A stretch of 63,509 nucleotides of DNA, counting the filler, from Octopus bimaculoides (Eukaryota): the NCBI RefSeq assembly GCF_001194135.2. It is 5 parts of 5 records of this genome, joined end to end, with 100 filler letters (N's around TTAATTAATTAA, not from the genome) between each part and the next. Parts side by side here need not be neighbours in the genome. Positions count along the whole stretch, not along the records: positions 30,252 to 59,671 come from NC_069005.1; 4 more parts are not named here. One strand, written 5' to 3'. This document shows positions 38,560 to 51,135 of this stretch, one piece after another; position 1 is the stretch's first letter; the number at the start of each line of letters is the position of its first letter. The translations under genes and the position numbers were made by a program. The notes under the pieces are model-generated. The model ran no database searches. It was not told the DNA's origin and saw only the letters and a list, made by a program, of their open reading frames with translations.

Positions 38560-38850
38560 ACATATGTGTTACATTTGGAATGAATATCGTTGATGCCGGG
38601 TCACAACTAGTTCCCTTGGATAACGAGGGACTTTTCGAACAATCTGTTCTATTCCTAATAGAACAGATATCCGTATTAATGGAACTCTTGTAGTAACTCC
38701 GACCTCATTAACGGATCTACGAAATCTGTTAGTAATGGTACCTAATGTGTCTATAACTACAGGGATCCTTTTGCAGAAACCCTCCTCAGTCTTCGCATTT
38801 TCCTTGCTAAGTCTTGCTATCTTCCCATTTTCTATTGTTCTTTAACTCCT
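38560..38850 (-). mobile_element. R4/Dong-like RLE C-terminal fragment
   Basis: Minus translation QDLARKMRRL..IPVVIDTLGTITNRF..IRISVLLGIEQIVRKV; the 3' end runs into (AAC)/(CAG) repeats at 38465-38545. Confidence 0.65.
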
Positions 38851-39693
38851 ACATTCATATCAACTAACATAGCCACAAGTATAGTGACTCACTTATCGAG
38901 ACTTTGTTCAGGATCTTCACGCCCACGTTCAGTGTCCGTTTATTGCCGACTTGTGGAGTTGTCGAACACCTGCTGTTGCATGTGGGGTGGATCCGTCTAC
39001 CAGCCGTGTCTATTGTGGTCTTGTAAAGCAGTTTTTCTTTGCTTATAGGCTATTGCGAAAGAGATTCTTGGATGGACGAGGTTGAAAAGTATGAAAACAG
39101 AGATATTCTTTTTTTTTAGTAGACCCCTGAATGGCTTTTCAAGCTTCGTTTAAAACAGAAAGTGAAAGTAAAGAGGGAGGTGCTGTCCTCGCGCGAATTT
39201 ATTCAAAGGTGAATAAAAATGGCAAAAATGGCAAGAATGGTTGACACCGCCTCCCAGGAGCAACCCTCTCCAGTCTAAGATTGATCACACTCGTCAGCAA
39301 TTTCGTATGACGTTTGAATTGAGCCTAAGGCCCTGTTCAGAGATTACGCGTTAATTTTTGACGTGTGGAAGCAGTCAGAAGGCTTGCAGTATCCGTTGCT
39401 GCTGTTCACAACTTCGTAATCTCAGTTCAAGTGTCCATTTCACGTCTTACAGCCTTTAGAGAATGTTCACAGAATGTTGAACAGCAGTTGTGATGTCGGC
39501 ATTTTGATACGCGGCGCTTATCATCATGGTACAGCTTTAATCTTTAGGCTTCTCGACTTTGTTGAATGTTCACCAATACATCAAGCTGCTCCTGAAAAAA
39601 TAAGACATACAAATTGTCGAATTTGGCCCAAACACCAATATGTATAAATGCATAAACATACGTATATAATATGTGTATGTATACGTGTGTATG

Positions 39694-39729
<36 letters not shown>

Positions 39730-39780
39730 ATGCTTGTTGCTTATACACTTGTCTTCGTCTTTTGTTTTTCTATAAATTTC

Positions 39781-39838
<58 letters not shown>

Positions 39839-40733
39839 ATGTATATTTGTATGTGCGTATGTGCGTATGTATATATACGTAAGTAGTGCATGTATATACG
39901 TATGTAGTGTAGGGATGTGTTATGTATGTACTATGTATGTATTTATGCATGCATGTGCGTATGTATGTATATATATATATATGTATATAGGTATCCATGT
40001 GTATATGTCTGTATGTTTGCATTCATATATATTTTATGTACGTACGTATGTATGTATGCATGTATATATGTATGTATGTGTATGTGTGTATGTATGTATG
40101 CATGTATGTATATATGTATGTATGTATGTGTGTATGTATGTATGTATGTATGTGAGTATGCGTGTGAAACGATCTGTTACAATACACCGGTAACACTTTT
40201 TATTTCGTACATCAAAAGCATAAAAAGAATCTGTTTACGTTATCCCTATTTCTCCTACAGCGAAGAAACTTCGTAATATTTTTAAATATATTTCTTTTTT
40301 GGTTCATGCTGTGTAACACATTGCACACACGCGTGCACAAGCTAACACGCACATGCACGCACGCGCGCACACACACACACATGCATATATGCATACATCT
40401 ATACATATATACATACGTACGTACGTACGTGCATACATATGTACGCACTTACGTACATATATACGTATATACAGATAAACAGATGTCAGACATACGGACA
40501 TATATATAAGGATAGACAGAGAGAGAAACAGACAGACAAACAGACAGATACATACATATATACAGGCATAGACAGCTAGATAGAGAGAAAGAAAGAAGGA
40601 GAGAGAGATGGAAGGATAGACAGACAGACAGAAAGACAGACAGACAGTCAGATAGACAGACAGATAGATAGATGCATACATATATACATGCATAGATAAA
40701 TAGATAGATAGATAGATAGATAGATAGACAGAC

Positions 40734-40839
<106 letters not shown>

Positions 40840-40891
40840 AATAGATAGATAAAATAGATAGATAGATAGATAAAATAGATAGATAGATAAC

Positions 40892-40937
<46 letters not shown>

Positions 40938-41162
40938 TGACAAACACACAGACAAGCAGACAGTCAGACAGACAGACAGACAGATCGATTGAGGTATATT
41001 TCGATTTTCGAACATGTGTTAATATAATTTCTAACATCTATTTTTTTTCTCTTTATTTTTGCTTACTACGGACAGGCTGGGGCAGCGCCTGCAACAAGAC
41101 TTTTATTCTGGTTTAATGAAGCCAGTATTGTGGAAAAACTCTTCTAGTTCGTAGAGACAGTT

Positions 41163-41340
41163 TTTATTGACTATCTGCAGATGGGTCACACCATCAGTGG
41201 AGAGTACTATGCCAACTTGCTGAGGCCGTTACGAAAGGCTATCAAGAAAAAAACAGCCAGGAAGACAGACGAAAGGTGCCTTGCTTCACCAGGACAATAT
41301 TCCGGCATACAATTCCTTGGTTTTAATGGCTGTTGTGCCA
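41163..41340 (+). mobile_element. Mariner transposase fragment (catalytic domain), duplicated from the 43.8-44.3 kb copy
   Basis: FIDYLQMGHTISGEYYANLLRPLRKAIK..GALLHQDN (with frameshift). Confidence 0.85.
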
Positions 41341-41454
41341 ATGAGTGTCAACGCATGAAAGTCTCGACCCTTGAGTCATTTTGCGTCTTCTGCTAATTAA
41401 ATAATATATAAATGTGTGTGTGTAGGGGCAGGTGTAGCATAGATGCTTGCTTAG

Positions 41455-41610
41455 CTCCCTGGTAAGAAGTTTGGTTCCTAGCTGCATGGCTCTAGAATCA
41501 GTCCCTCTGCAGGGCACCTTGAGCAAGTGCTTCCTACTGTAGCCTCGGGCCGACCAAAGTCTTGCGAATGGATTTGGTGGACGGAAATTGAAAGAAGCTC
41601 ATCGTCTGTG
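41455..41610 (+). mobile_element. SINE family A, 5' half
   Basis: TGGTAAGAAGTTTGG..CCTTGAGCAAGTGCTTCCTACTGTAGCCTCGGGCCGACC..GATTTGGTGGACGGAAA. Confidence 0.75.
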
Positions 41611-41658
41611 TGTGTGTATGTGCTATGTATTTGTATATAAGTATTATATACATATACA

Positions 41659-41724
<66 letters not shown>

Positions 41725-42264
41725 NNNNNNNNNNNNNNNNNNNNNNNNNNNNNNNNNNNNNNNNNNNNNNNNNNNNNNNNNNNNNNNNNNNNNNNNNNNN
41801 NNNNNNNNNNNNNNNNNNNNNNNNNNNNNNNNNNNNNNNNNNNNNNNNNNNNNNNNNNNNNNNNNNNNNNNNNNNNNNNNNNNNNNNNNNNNNNNNNNNN
41901 NNNNNNNNNNNNNNNNNNNNNNNNNNNNNNNNNNNNNNNNNNNNNNNNNNNNNNNNNNNNNNNNNNNNNNNNNNNNNNNNNNNNNNNNNNNNNNNNNNNN
42001 NNNNNNNNNNNNNNNNNNNNNNNNNNNNNNNNNNNNNNNNNNNNNNNNNNNNNNNNNNNNNNNNNNNNNNNNNNNNNNNNNNNNNNNNNNNNNNNNNNNN
42101 NNNNNNNNNNNNNNNNNNNNNNNNNNNNNNNNNNNNNNNNNNNNNNNNNNNNNNNNNNNNNNNNNNNNNNNNNNNNNNNNNNNNNNNNNNNNNNNNNNNN
42201 NNNNNNNNNNNNNNNNNNNACTTTTCTTTTAATTTTTCCAAAATTTAATTGTTTTCCATACTTA

Positions 42265-42300
42265 CAGTTGAAAAAGTCTCAATGTCTGAAACCGGTACTG
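42265..42300 (+). ncRNA. Minimal type I hammerhead fold, U3-A8 core variant
   Basis: CAG | TTGAAAA | AG-tctcaatgt-CT | GAAA | CCGG | TA | CTG; palindromic ACCGGT stem III; followed ~85 nt later by (TA)n. Confidence 0.55.
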
Positions 42301-42386
42301 AAATGTTTTTTATAAAATTATTTTAGAATTTTCTCCCATGACTTTTTTTCCATATATATCAACTCGCGTGTTCCTTTTCAACTTTC

Positions 42387-42422
<36 letters not shown>

Positions 42423-42987
42423 CATACTGTAGATGCCATAAGAATTCATAAAGTTTCGAAAGAACATGAAATAATTCTTTTTGAACCAGTGGATCTCGAG
42501 CACATGAAGCTATAAATATTAGCATGTAAATATTGGGCTGAAAAACCCTTCTGTCCTATCCGAACATGAATCTTATCGTAGCTCACATTGCAATCCTGTG
42601 TCTATTAATTATATATATCTCGCAGGATGGAGTACTTTTTTTCTCGATCCTACAGATAACAGAACAGTACTCTAAATGTGTGTGTATTCCTTTTGACGTC
42701 AACAATACACGCACGCACGCGCACAAACACACACGCACATATATTACAAATGGTAACAGCTACTAAAATGTTTCGCTCTGCTGGTTTGATCAGAGTGACT
42801 AATGAAACCAGCAGGGCGAAACTTACAAATAACTGTCAGCTTTTATTATATAAAATATATTTATTTGCCTCAGAACTTGGTATTGAGTTGTATATCAGAC
42901 AATGTTTCATCACTGCACAACATTTATCAATACATGTTAAATACCTATTCATTACGATATATATGTGTATTTGTGTGTATGCGCCGT

Positions 42988-43025
<38 letters not shown>

Positions 43026-43189
43026 GTTTGTAAAACTACATATATGTGTGCACGTAATACGGACTTCTGTACAATTTCTATCAACCAAATATCACTCAGA
43101 AAGGCTGTTAACCTTAAATTAAAGTAGAACACACTGGTAATCCCAAGTAGTGGATAGCTTAATATACATATCTCTTTCTCTCTCCCTCC

Positions 43190-43223
<34 letters not shown>

Positions 43224-43748
43224 ACTCGATATATATATACAGGGTGTCCCAAAAGTTACTGATGAGTGTCAAATTTTAATACTTTCCTTTACTTTACAAA
43301 TAAATACATGAAATTTTGATATAAATATAAAGAACGACTGATTGATGGAAGTTTGAGCCCTACACCATACCACAATGCGAAAAATGCAAATGCATAGCAA
43401 AAATACAAGATGGTACCAAAGAATTCGTTTGGGCGAATCATGAACACCCATAGAAAAGGTCTAAATATTACTTTGTGTAAAACATTTTTAAAATTCCTGC
43501 AGCACAGTCAGAATAATTGCTGAATAATTTATAATAGACATTGTCAGAAATACCTGAAGATACAATTTTAGAACTCATTAATTCCTGCGTCTACATCAAT
43601 TACTCTATATCAAGGTAGCTAAAGGGATGTGAAGAAAAATTTTATACTAATGCATTAATTTTCAAACATTTATTTCGTACTTGTGATTCCTCAACAAAAT
43701 CTTGTTTATTTCTTTTTACATGTCTGTGCGTTTGTATTCACACACACA

Positions 43749-43791
<43 letters not shown>

Positions 43792-43859
43792 TTATATATT
43801 ATTTAATTAGCAGAAGACTCAAAGTGACTCAAAGGTCGAGAGTTTCATGCATTGGCACT

Positions 43860-44335
43860 CATTGGCACAACAGCCATTAAAACCAAGGAATTGTGTGCTG
43901 GAAAATTTTCCTGGTGAAGCAAGACACCTTTCGTCTGTTTTCCTGGCTGTTTGCTCTTGATAGCCTTTTGTAACGGCCTCAGCAAGCTGGCATAGTACTT
44001 TCCACTGATGGTGTGACCCATCTGCAGATAGTCAATAAACACAATATCTTTTGCATCCCAAATAACTGATGTCATCATCTTCCCTACAGATGAAACGACC
44101 CTGGCCATCTCTGGAGCAGGTGAGAGGGGTATTTTCACTGAATGGATTGCCTTTTTGTCTCTAGCTGAAAGTGATGAACCCGGCACACATCCTGGTTTCG
44201 GAAACGTCCAAGGAAACCAGCTGCGTCAACCTGAAACAATGCCAGATTTTCCCGTGACGTGATCAGCCTGGTGCGCTTTTGATTAGGTGTCAGAAGAAGT
44301 GACACGCACCGAACAGAAGAAACTTTTGTCATGCT
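43860..44335 (-). mobile_element. Mariner transposase fragment (DD34D family, frameshifted)
   Basis: LLTPNQKRTRLITSRENL..QDVCRVHHFQLETKRQS and SVGKMMTSVIWDAKDIVFIDYLQMGHTISGKYYASLL..GVLLHQENFPAH. Confidence 0.9.
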
Positions 44336-45135
44336 AAGTAAAATACATATAAATACTCATGCTTTGAGCTCTCTTTCCTTACACACACACACACACATAC
44401 ATTGTATATAACGCCGGTGTTTTAATGGTGGCAGCTGATGAAGGATATGTTCTCTATGTGGCCTGCTTGTTTTTTGTACCTTGTTTATCATTTTGTCCAT
44501 GTTTTTTTGCAACGTCATGTACCCAGATATGTATCTATATGTACATGTAGATGAAGGTATGTACATACATGTACATATATATGCATATACTCATATATTG
44601 TNNNNNNNNNNTATATATATATATATATATATACATACATACGTACATACATACATACATACATACATAGTAATAACAGTAATTCTTAGATGGAATTTAT
44701 AAATATTTCGATGCTTCGCTATGCGCGTTTCAACAAGTCACATGTCTCTTAAGATCACAGTTTGTATTCCTCAGATGATTACAGTATAGTCCGTAGTATG
44801 TGTGAGTATCGGGTTGATCATATTCATGGATTCGGTTCTTCAGGCGTTTGTTTAAGTGTGGGTTGTTTATCATTTTTGCCCAGTGAAAAGGTTGGTTGAG
44901 GTATGTGGGATTTCAGAAAATGAAATAAACCAGCTAATTTGCATTACAGTCTGTGAGTGAAATATTAAAAATATGCAAATGTTTCAAGTCTGATATGCAA
45001 ATGTTTGTTTACATTCAGTCGGAGATTTGTATCTTTGTTATAACCAACTCCTTTCTCAGAGAAAGATTTCAAATGATTAAAAACAGAAGAGAACGTGCGT
45101 GCGTACATACATGCATACATACAAACTTATTTACT

Positions 45136-45187
<52 letters not shown>

Positions 45188-45947
45188 AAACCACAGAAGT
45201 GCAATATGTATAAAAGAAATTAGGATTTTAATGGAGGACGAGGGGTAAGAATAAAAAATCAAATATTAATCAATCATTTACCATTTACCATTAATCATTA
45301 ATTATCATTTCATCGGTAAATAAAAATCACCCAATAATTCTTCCTAATAAAATACGGGCGATGAGATAAAGTAAAATATTTCCGGTTTGGAGTAATTGAG
45401 TATTGTAAACGACAGACCGGAAGTTGAGATGTGAGTGAGGTGATTACTATGAATAGGGAAATAATTAGGTTATAAATGCATTGAAAGATATATATGTGTA
45501 TGTAAGTGTGTGTGTGTGCAATTGTATATATGCATATATGTGTTTATATAGCGATACTTAGATTTATATATATATATATATATATATANNNNNNNNNNNN
45601 NNNNNNNNNNNNNNNNNNNNNNNNNNNNNNNNNNNNNNNNNNNNNNNNNNNNNNNNNNNNNNNNNNNNNNNNNNNNNNNNNNNNNNNNNNNNNNNNNNNN
45701 NNNNNNNNNNNNNNNNNNNNNNNNNNNNNNNNNNNNNNNNNNNNNNNNNNNNNNNNNNNNNNNNNNNNNNNNNNNNNNNNNNNNNNNNNNNNNNNNNNNN
45801 NNNNNNNNNNNNNNNNNNNNNNNNNNNNNNNNNNNNNNNNNNNNNNNNNNNNNNNNNNNNNNNNNNNNNNNNNNNNNNNNNNNNNNNNNNNNNNNNNNNN
45901 NNNNNNNNNNNNNNNNNNNNNNNNNNNNNNNNNNNNNNNNNNNNNNN

Positions 45948-45986
<39 letters not shown>

Positions 45987-46777
45987 TATGCGAATAAATA
46001 CACACATTCTTGCACATACTCAAATACACTCACACACACACAAACACTCATATGGGTATGTGTGTATGTATATATATATAGATATAGATATGTATGTGCA
46101 TACATGCACACACACACACGCACACACACACGCACACACTCACAGACATACACAAACCCCCACACACATATATATATATTCATTATTATCTAGGTCATAA
46201 CCTCTATGCTGTTATCGGCTACCATATGCCATCATACAGCTTGGTTATTTTCTGAACTGGATAAACATGTCGAACGCCTTCAGGGTATAGAATTCATATA
46301 AAAATTTATACAAGAAGAAGATGGAATAACAGGCTTTAATTACAAATAACAACATTTGTTTCTATGCGGCTGCACATTATAATCATACATACACACAGAC
46401 ATATGCTTACCCACGAGGTATACAAACGTTGCAAGTATAATCATGTAAAGCTTATAATGATTTGAAGGTGTCAATGGTAATCAAAAGATGTTTTATAAGT
46501 TATTTGGTAGAAAGTGCAGTAAAAACTTTTCTCCTATGATGACTCATACGTTTAAAGAAATATACATTGGCAGGAAACAAAAATTCATACACGAAGAATT
46601 GCCATCAGTTAGGAGGTGGGCCGGTTTATATGTGCATGTGTGTGTGTAGGTATGTACGGGAGTCTCGCAGAGGTATAAGTCCATAAATAGGATATATGTG
46701 GTATTAGAAGGCAAACGCTGAATCAAGTATAAAATATATAGAAAAGATATATCCGTATCGATGTGTATATATATATA

Positions 46778-46855
46778 CACGAGGGGTTGCTGAAATATTT
46801 CTGGCTTTAAGACTGGTTGATGGTCCAGCCTTCCGAGTTCTTTTACAAGGCTTAG
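46778..46855 (+). mobile_element. Mariner-type terminal fragment
   Basis: After (TA)n: CACGAGGGGTTGCTGAAATATTTCTGGCTTT resembles a mariner TIR (TACGAGGG..GAAAAGT). Confidence 0.5.
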
Positions 46856-47420
46856 AATTAAATATATTGATTACCTGCTTACGGTGCGGTAATCAATATA
46901 TTGGCCAAACAGGAATATCACTCCGTCGGAGAACCACCCTCCACAAACAACAAATCCGCCACCCACAATACAAACAGATACAGGTCAGTGAACACATAGA
47001 AAAGTGTGCTAGGAACCTTAATCCTAACTTCCTAATTTTCCCCTTCTATGAATGTTCACAGAACACCTCAGTACAGCAAAGAATTAACAAAAAGGCAATT
47101 TTCCTCAATAAACTCCACCCACAACTTAACATGAACACGTCACATAATACAAAACACGACTAACCTTACCAATAATACCACTCACTCCCATAATCCCATA
47201 CACTATTCTTATCACAGTATTATATCTACCCAAACTGCACTACTTACCTCCCTTACACATAATCTTTTTACTCGGGGACTAGTAGACCCAACACCGTTTG
47301 ATAATCGGTGGGCATTCAAAGCCAGTGAACAGTAATTGACGAAACCGGTATGACTTTGAATCCCTTTAACAATTCAAAATAATGACTTTTATTCTTAATT
47401 CTACCTCAGTTCATCTAATT
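46856..47420 (+). mobile_element. Penelope-like element 3' fragment (GIY-YIG endonuclease plus terminal repeat)
   Basis: ORF 46867-47163 ITCLRCGNQYIGQTGISLRRRTTLHK..VSEHIEKC..LHPQLN; downstream hammerhead fold; ends in (TA)n. Confidence 0.9.
47311..47364 (+). ncRNA. Minimal type I hammerhead fold, G3-C8 core variant
   Basis: Stem I ATTCAAAGCCA(47314-24)/TGACTTTGAAT(47351-61), 10 of 11 pairs; core GTGAACA; stem II G-taattga-C; GAAA; CCGG; cleavage triplet GUA. Confidence 0.75.
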
Positions 47421-47563
47421 GTATATATATATCGTTACTTTTCATAAAAAACCTTTATTTTTTTTTATATCCAATGTGCATTTTCGCTTTCTTTCTTGTT
47501 ACTTTCCCCATATCTCATCTATGTATAGTTCCTATTTTCTTTTTGAAACATATTTCTATTTTA

Positions 47564-47595
<32 letters not shown>

Positions 47596-48021
47596 CGTAT
47601 GTATGTACGTATGTATGTATATGTGGGGGGAGTCTTTGGTGAGTGTATGTGCACATGTTTGGATAAAACGAATGAATGGACATCATAAATTACATACGGA
47701 GGAGTGTAGACAAGAAATCTTTGTAAGATAAAAATCTTATTGAATATCAAAAGATTTTTTACTCATGTAGTGACAATGGGTCGTTTGAAAGAAAACGGTT
47801 ACAGACTACAAAGATGAAAGATAATTCTACTCCATGTTTCAGACAAAGAGAGACAACCTTACAAGATAAAAAGACTGGAGTTAGGTTTGACATACATTTA
47901 GAAATTTGTTTGTTTTTGCTTCCATTAATGAATTTAGTCTATTTGTTTTGTAACTAGCATTTATATTTTTCATTCTTATTCTTATTCTTATTCTTTAACT
48001 TGGTCTACTAGAATTATTTAA

Positions 48022-48490
<469 letters not shown>

Positions 48491-48524
48491 TCCCTTTTAC
48501 CCTTGACTCGTTTAGTTATTAGAC

Positions 48525-49267
48525 AGCCTTGTTTTGCTCGCGGAGTTACTTGTTTGTTGAGGTTGAACCATTCTTTTCACTGCTTCAGATTGACGTAATG
48601 GCATCATTTTTCATCGACAGTGACAATGCGGTAAAGAAAACGTTTGTGACCATGTGTTGAGCGATGTCGAGCGAGTTAACTGGCGATGATAGCGGAGCGT
48701 TGATTTTGTTGTTTTCGCTCAAAATTTGACATCCAAGGGCCGAGTTTCTGAACCTTGCCCATTGAGTGAAGGTGGTTCACCATAGTTTTTTTCTTTTTTT
48801 ATCACAACTCATCGGCTCCGCCAATTCTCTGGTCGTTTGACCTGGATTTTCGTGAAGAAGTTGCTTCAATTGCTCTTCATCGAACTCAGTTGTTCGGCCG
48901 GAGTGTGATACGTCTTTGAGGTCAGAATTCCCATTTTTGAAGCGCGAAAACCAACGGCGGGTGGTACTTTGAGGCATTGCTCCTTCTCCATACACAACAC
49001 AAATCTCACTAGCAGCTTCGGCGGTCTTAACGCCTCGATTAAATGCAAAAAAGCAAATAGTGTCAAAAGTGCTCAGTTTTGTCCGCTTGACATTCCATTT
49101 TAATAATCTGAAAATACACAAAAATCAATAAAATTAAAAACTCAAAACACACTATCTTGTAGATCTTTTTTGAATAATATGAAACATTTTGCCAATGGGT
49201 TTTATTTCTGCGTGCATTTTAAATTTGAAAAAAAAGAAAGGTTCATGAATTATTCCTTAACCCAATA
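48525..49267 (-). mobile_element. Second mariner family: 5' TIR, HTH domain and start of catalytic domain (pseudogenised)
   Basis: TA|TTGGGTTAAGGAATAATTCATGAACC terminus at 49240-49267; FAFNRGVKTAEAASEICVVYGEGAMPQSTTRRWFSRFKNG..; RFLYRIVTVDEK* (W to stop). Confidence 0.9.
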
Positions 49268-49377
49268 TATACATACATGCAAGATGGTAATTTATTTTCG
49301 AACGCAGAAACGCCGTTAGAACAGCAGAAATATTGGGTAAAAATTACCCTTACAAAGCGGAAAATTTTGCCCACAAA

Positions 49378-49447
49378 CAGCCGTGGACACGAACCCACAG
49401 TCCTTGAAGACTCCGGCCAAGTGCTTTACCATTAAGCTAAACGGCCC
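49378..49447 (-). mobile_element. tRNA-like sequence (SINE head or tRNA pseudogene) inside a duplicated, partly palindromic unit
   Basis: GGGCCGTT-TA-GCTT-AATGGTA-AAGC-A-CTTG..CAAG..GTGGG-TTCGTGT-CC-ACGGCT; A and B boxes, perfect D stem, T stem damaged. Confidence 0.6.
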
Positions 49448-49970
49448 GCTGACAAAATATTCCGCAATTTTAGACGTTATAAAGCTAAATGTAGAACTAC
49501 GTGTATATGAAGATAAACAAATTGACATTTGTGTTTTTTTTATATATATAAGCGTCGAAATGTGTATTGTAAGATACAAATGAGGTGATAATTTTCGAAC
49601 GCAGAAACGCCGTTAGAACTGCAGAAATATTGGGTAAATTACCCTTTCAAAGCGGAAAAATTTGTCAACAAACAGCCATGGGACAAAATTGCTGACAAAT
49701 TTTTCAGCTTGGTAAAGGTAATTTACCCAAGATTTACGCTGATGATCCCGCAGATATTTACTTATGTAAATGTTAACAGGTGAAACCATGGTACGTAAAT
49801 TAATCGTATTTTAGTATTTTTTCATTTGTCTTACTCATTTACAGTCTGTTGTGTCGCTGATTTTTTTCTACTGAGAACATTCTTTTCGTGGTTGGATGAT
49901 TCGGCATCTATTTCTAGCATTCAGGAATCCACATTTGCTGGTCATTCCTCTTATTCTTGTATGTAATATA

Positions 49971-50021
<51 letters not shown>

Positions 50022-50570
50022 GTTATTTTCCCATTCGTAACAATCTTTACACAGAGTTAACGTCCAGTTTTCAGTTTACAGCGCAGAATTATTTTGACAA
50101 TAGGCAATTTTAAATATTTTACCTCTTACTCATTCATACATTATTATTAATCAATGACTGTTTTCGTTAATTGATTAATCTAAATTTAATGATAAATGGT
50201 TAATGAGTGATTAACTATTTATTATCAATTTTTAATTTCCTCAAATTACCAAGTGATTATGTGTGGGCTGTGTATATAACTGTGTATGTCTATATTGAAT
50301 TATTTATCTCTTTAGGTATCCTCGCATTCTCTCTCCCCCATACATACATACATACATACATACATACATACATGCATACATACATACATACACAGGTAAG
50401 TGAGTGTATGAATATATCTGTATATACTTACACATAAAAATTTAGATATTCATAGATGTGGCGTGGCTGTGTACATAATATATTTGCGTGTAAATGCATG
50501 TTTTTCACACACATTTGAATGTATATGTGCTTACGTCTATCTATGTATGTGTGTATGTATATTTTTATAG

Positions 50571-50625
<55 letters not shown>

Positions 50626-50680
50626 GCAACACATTTGCACATTACACTGGGAGCACCACCAGAAAATGTAGTTTCGTGAC

Positions 50681-50714
<34 letters not shown>

Positions 50715-50727
50715 TGTATGTATGTTT

Positions 50728-51135
50728 GTCATTATTTAGTTTCATTTCAAGATTTCTTGCCAGTAGAGAAAGAGTTGGTTTCTAACCTAGATCTAAGGGT
50801 CCTTCATTGGAATTTCAACAACATCAACAGGGTATTTTTGTATGTAAGTATGTATGTATAAGTGCAGATTTGTATGTTTTATTTTATGTGTCTTCTCATG
50901 CATATAGCTGCATATCTAGACATACCCATATATACTTAAATGATAAATTTCTGGACAGTTTTATAGATTTTTACAGTTCCAGCAATGGCTTGGATCTGTA
51001 GTCTTCGAATTAGCTTGCTCGTTTCTGGTTTTGAGAAGCTTAATTTCTCAAGATTGATATTTAGGCAATGTGTTACATATCCCAGTGGCCCAATAATTAC
51101 AGGTATATATCTGAACTTGTAATCAGGATAGAGTA
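50728..51135 (-). mobile_element. RLE-type non-LTR 3' fragment of a different family, embedded in (CATA)n
   Basis: LYPDYKFRYIPVIIGPLGYVTHCLNINLEKLSF..LIRRLQIQAIAGTVKIYKT; (CATA)n on both sides. Confidence 0.7.

Noticed and set aside
49378-49447. Functional tRNA gene
   Set aside because: T stem is shortened and the anticodon loop is oversized; kept only as a tRNA-derived element.
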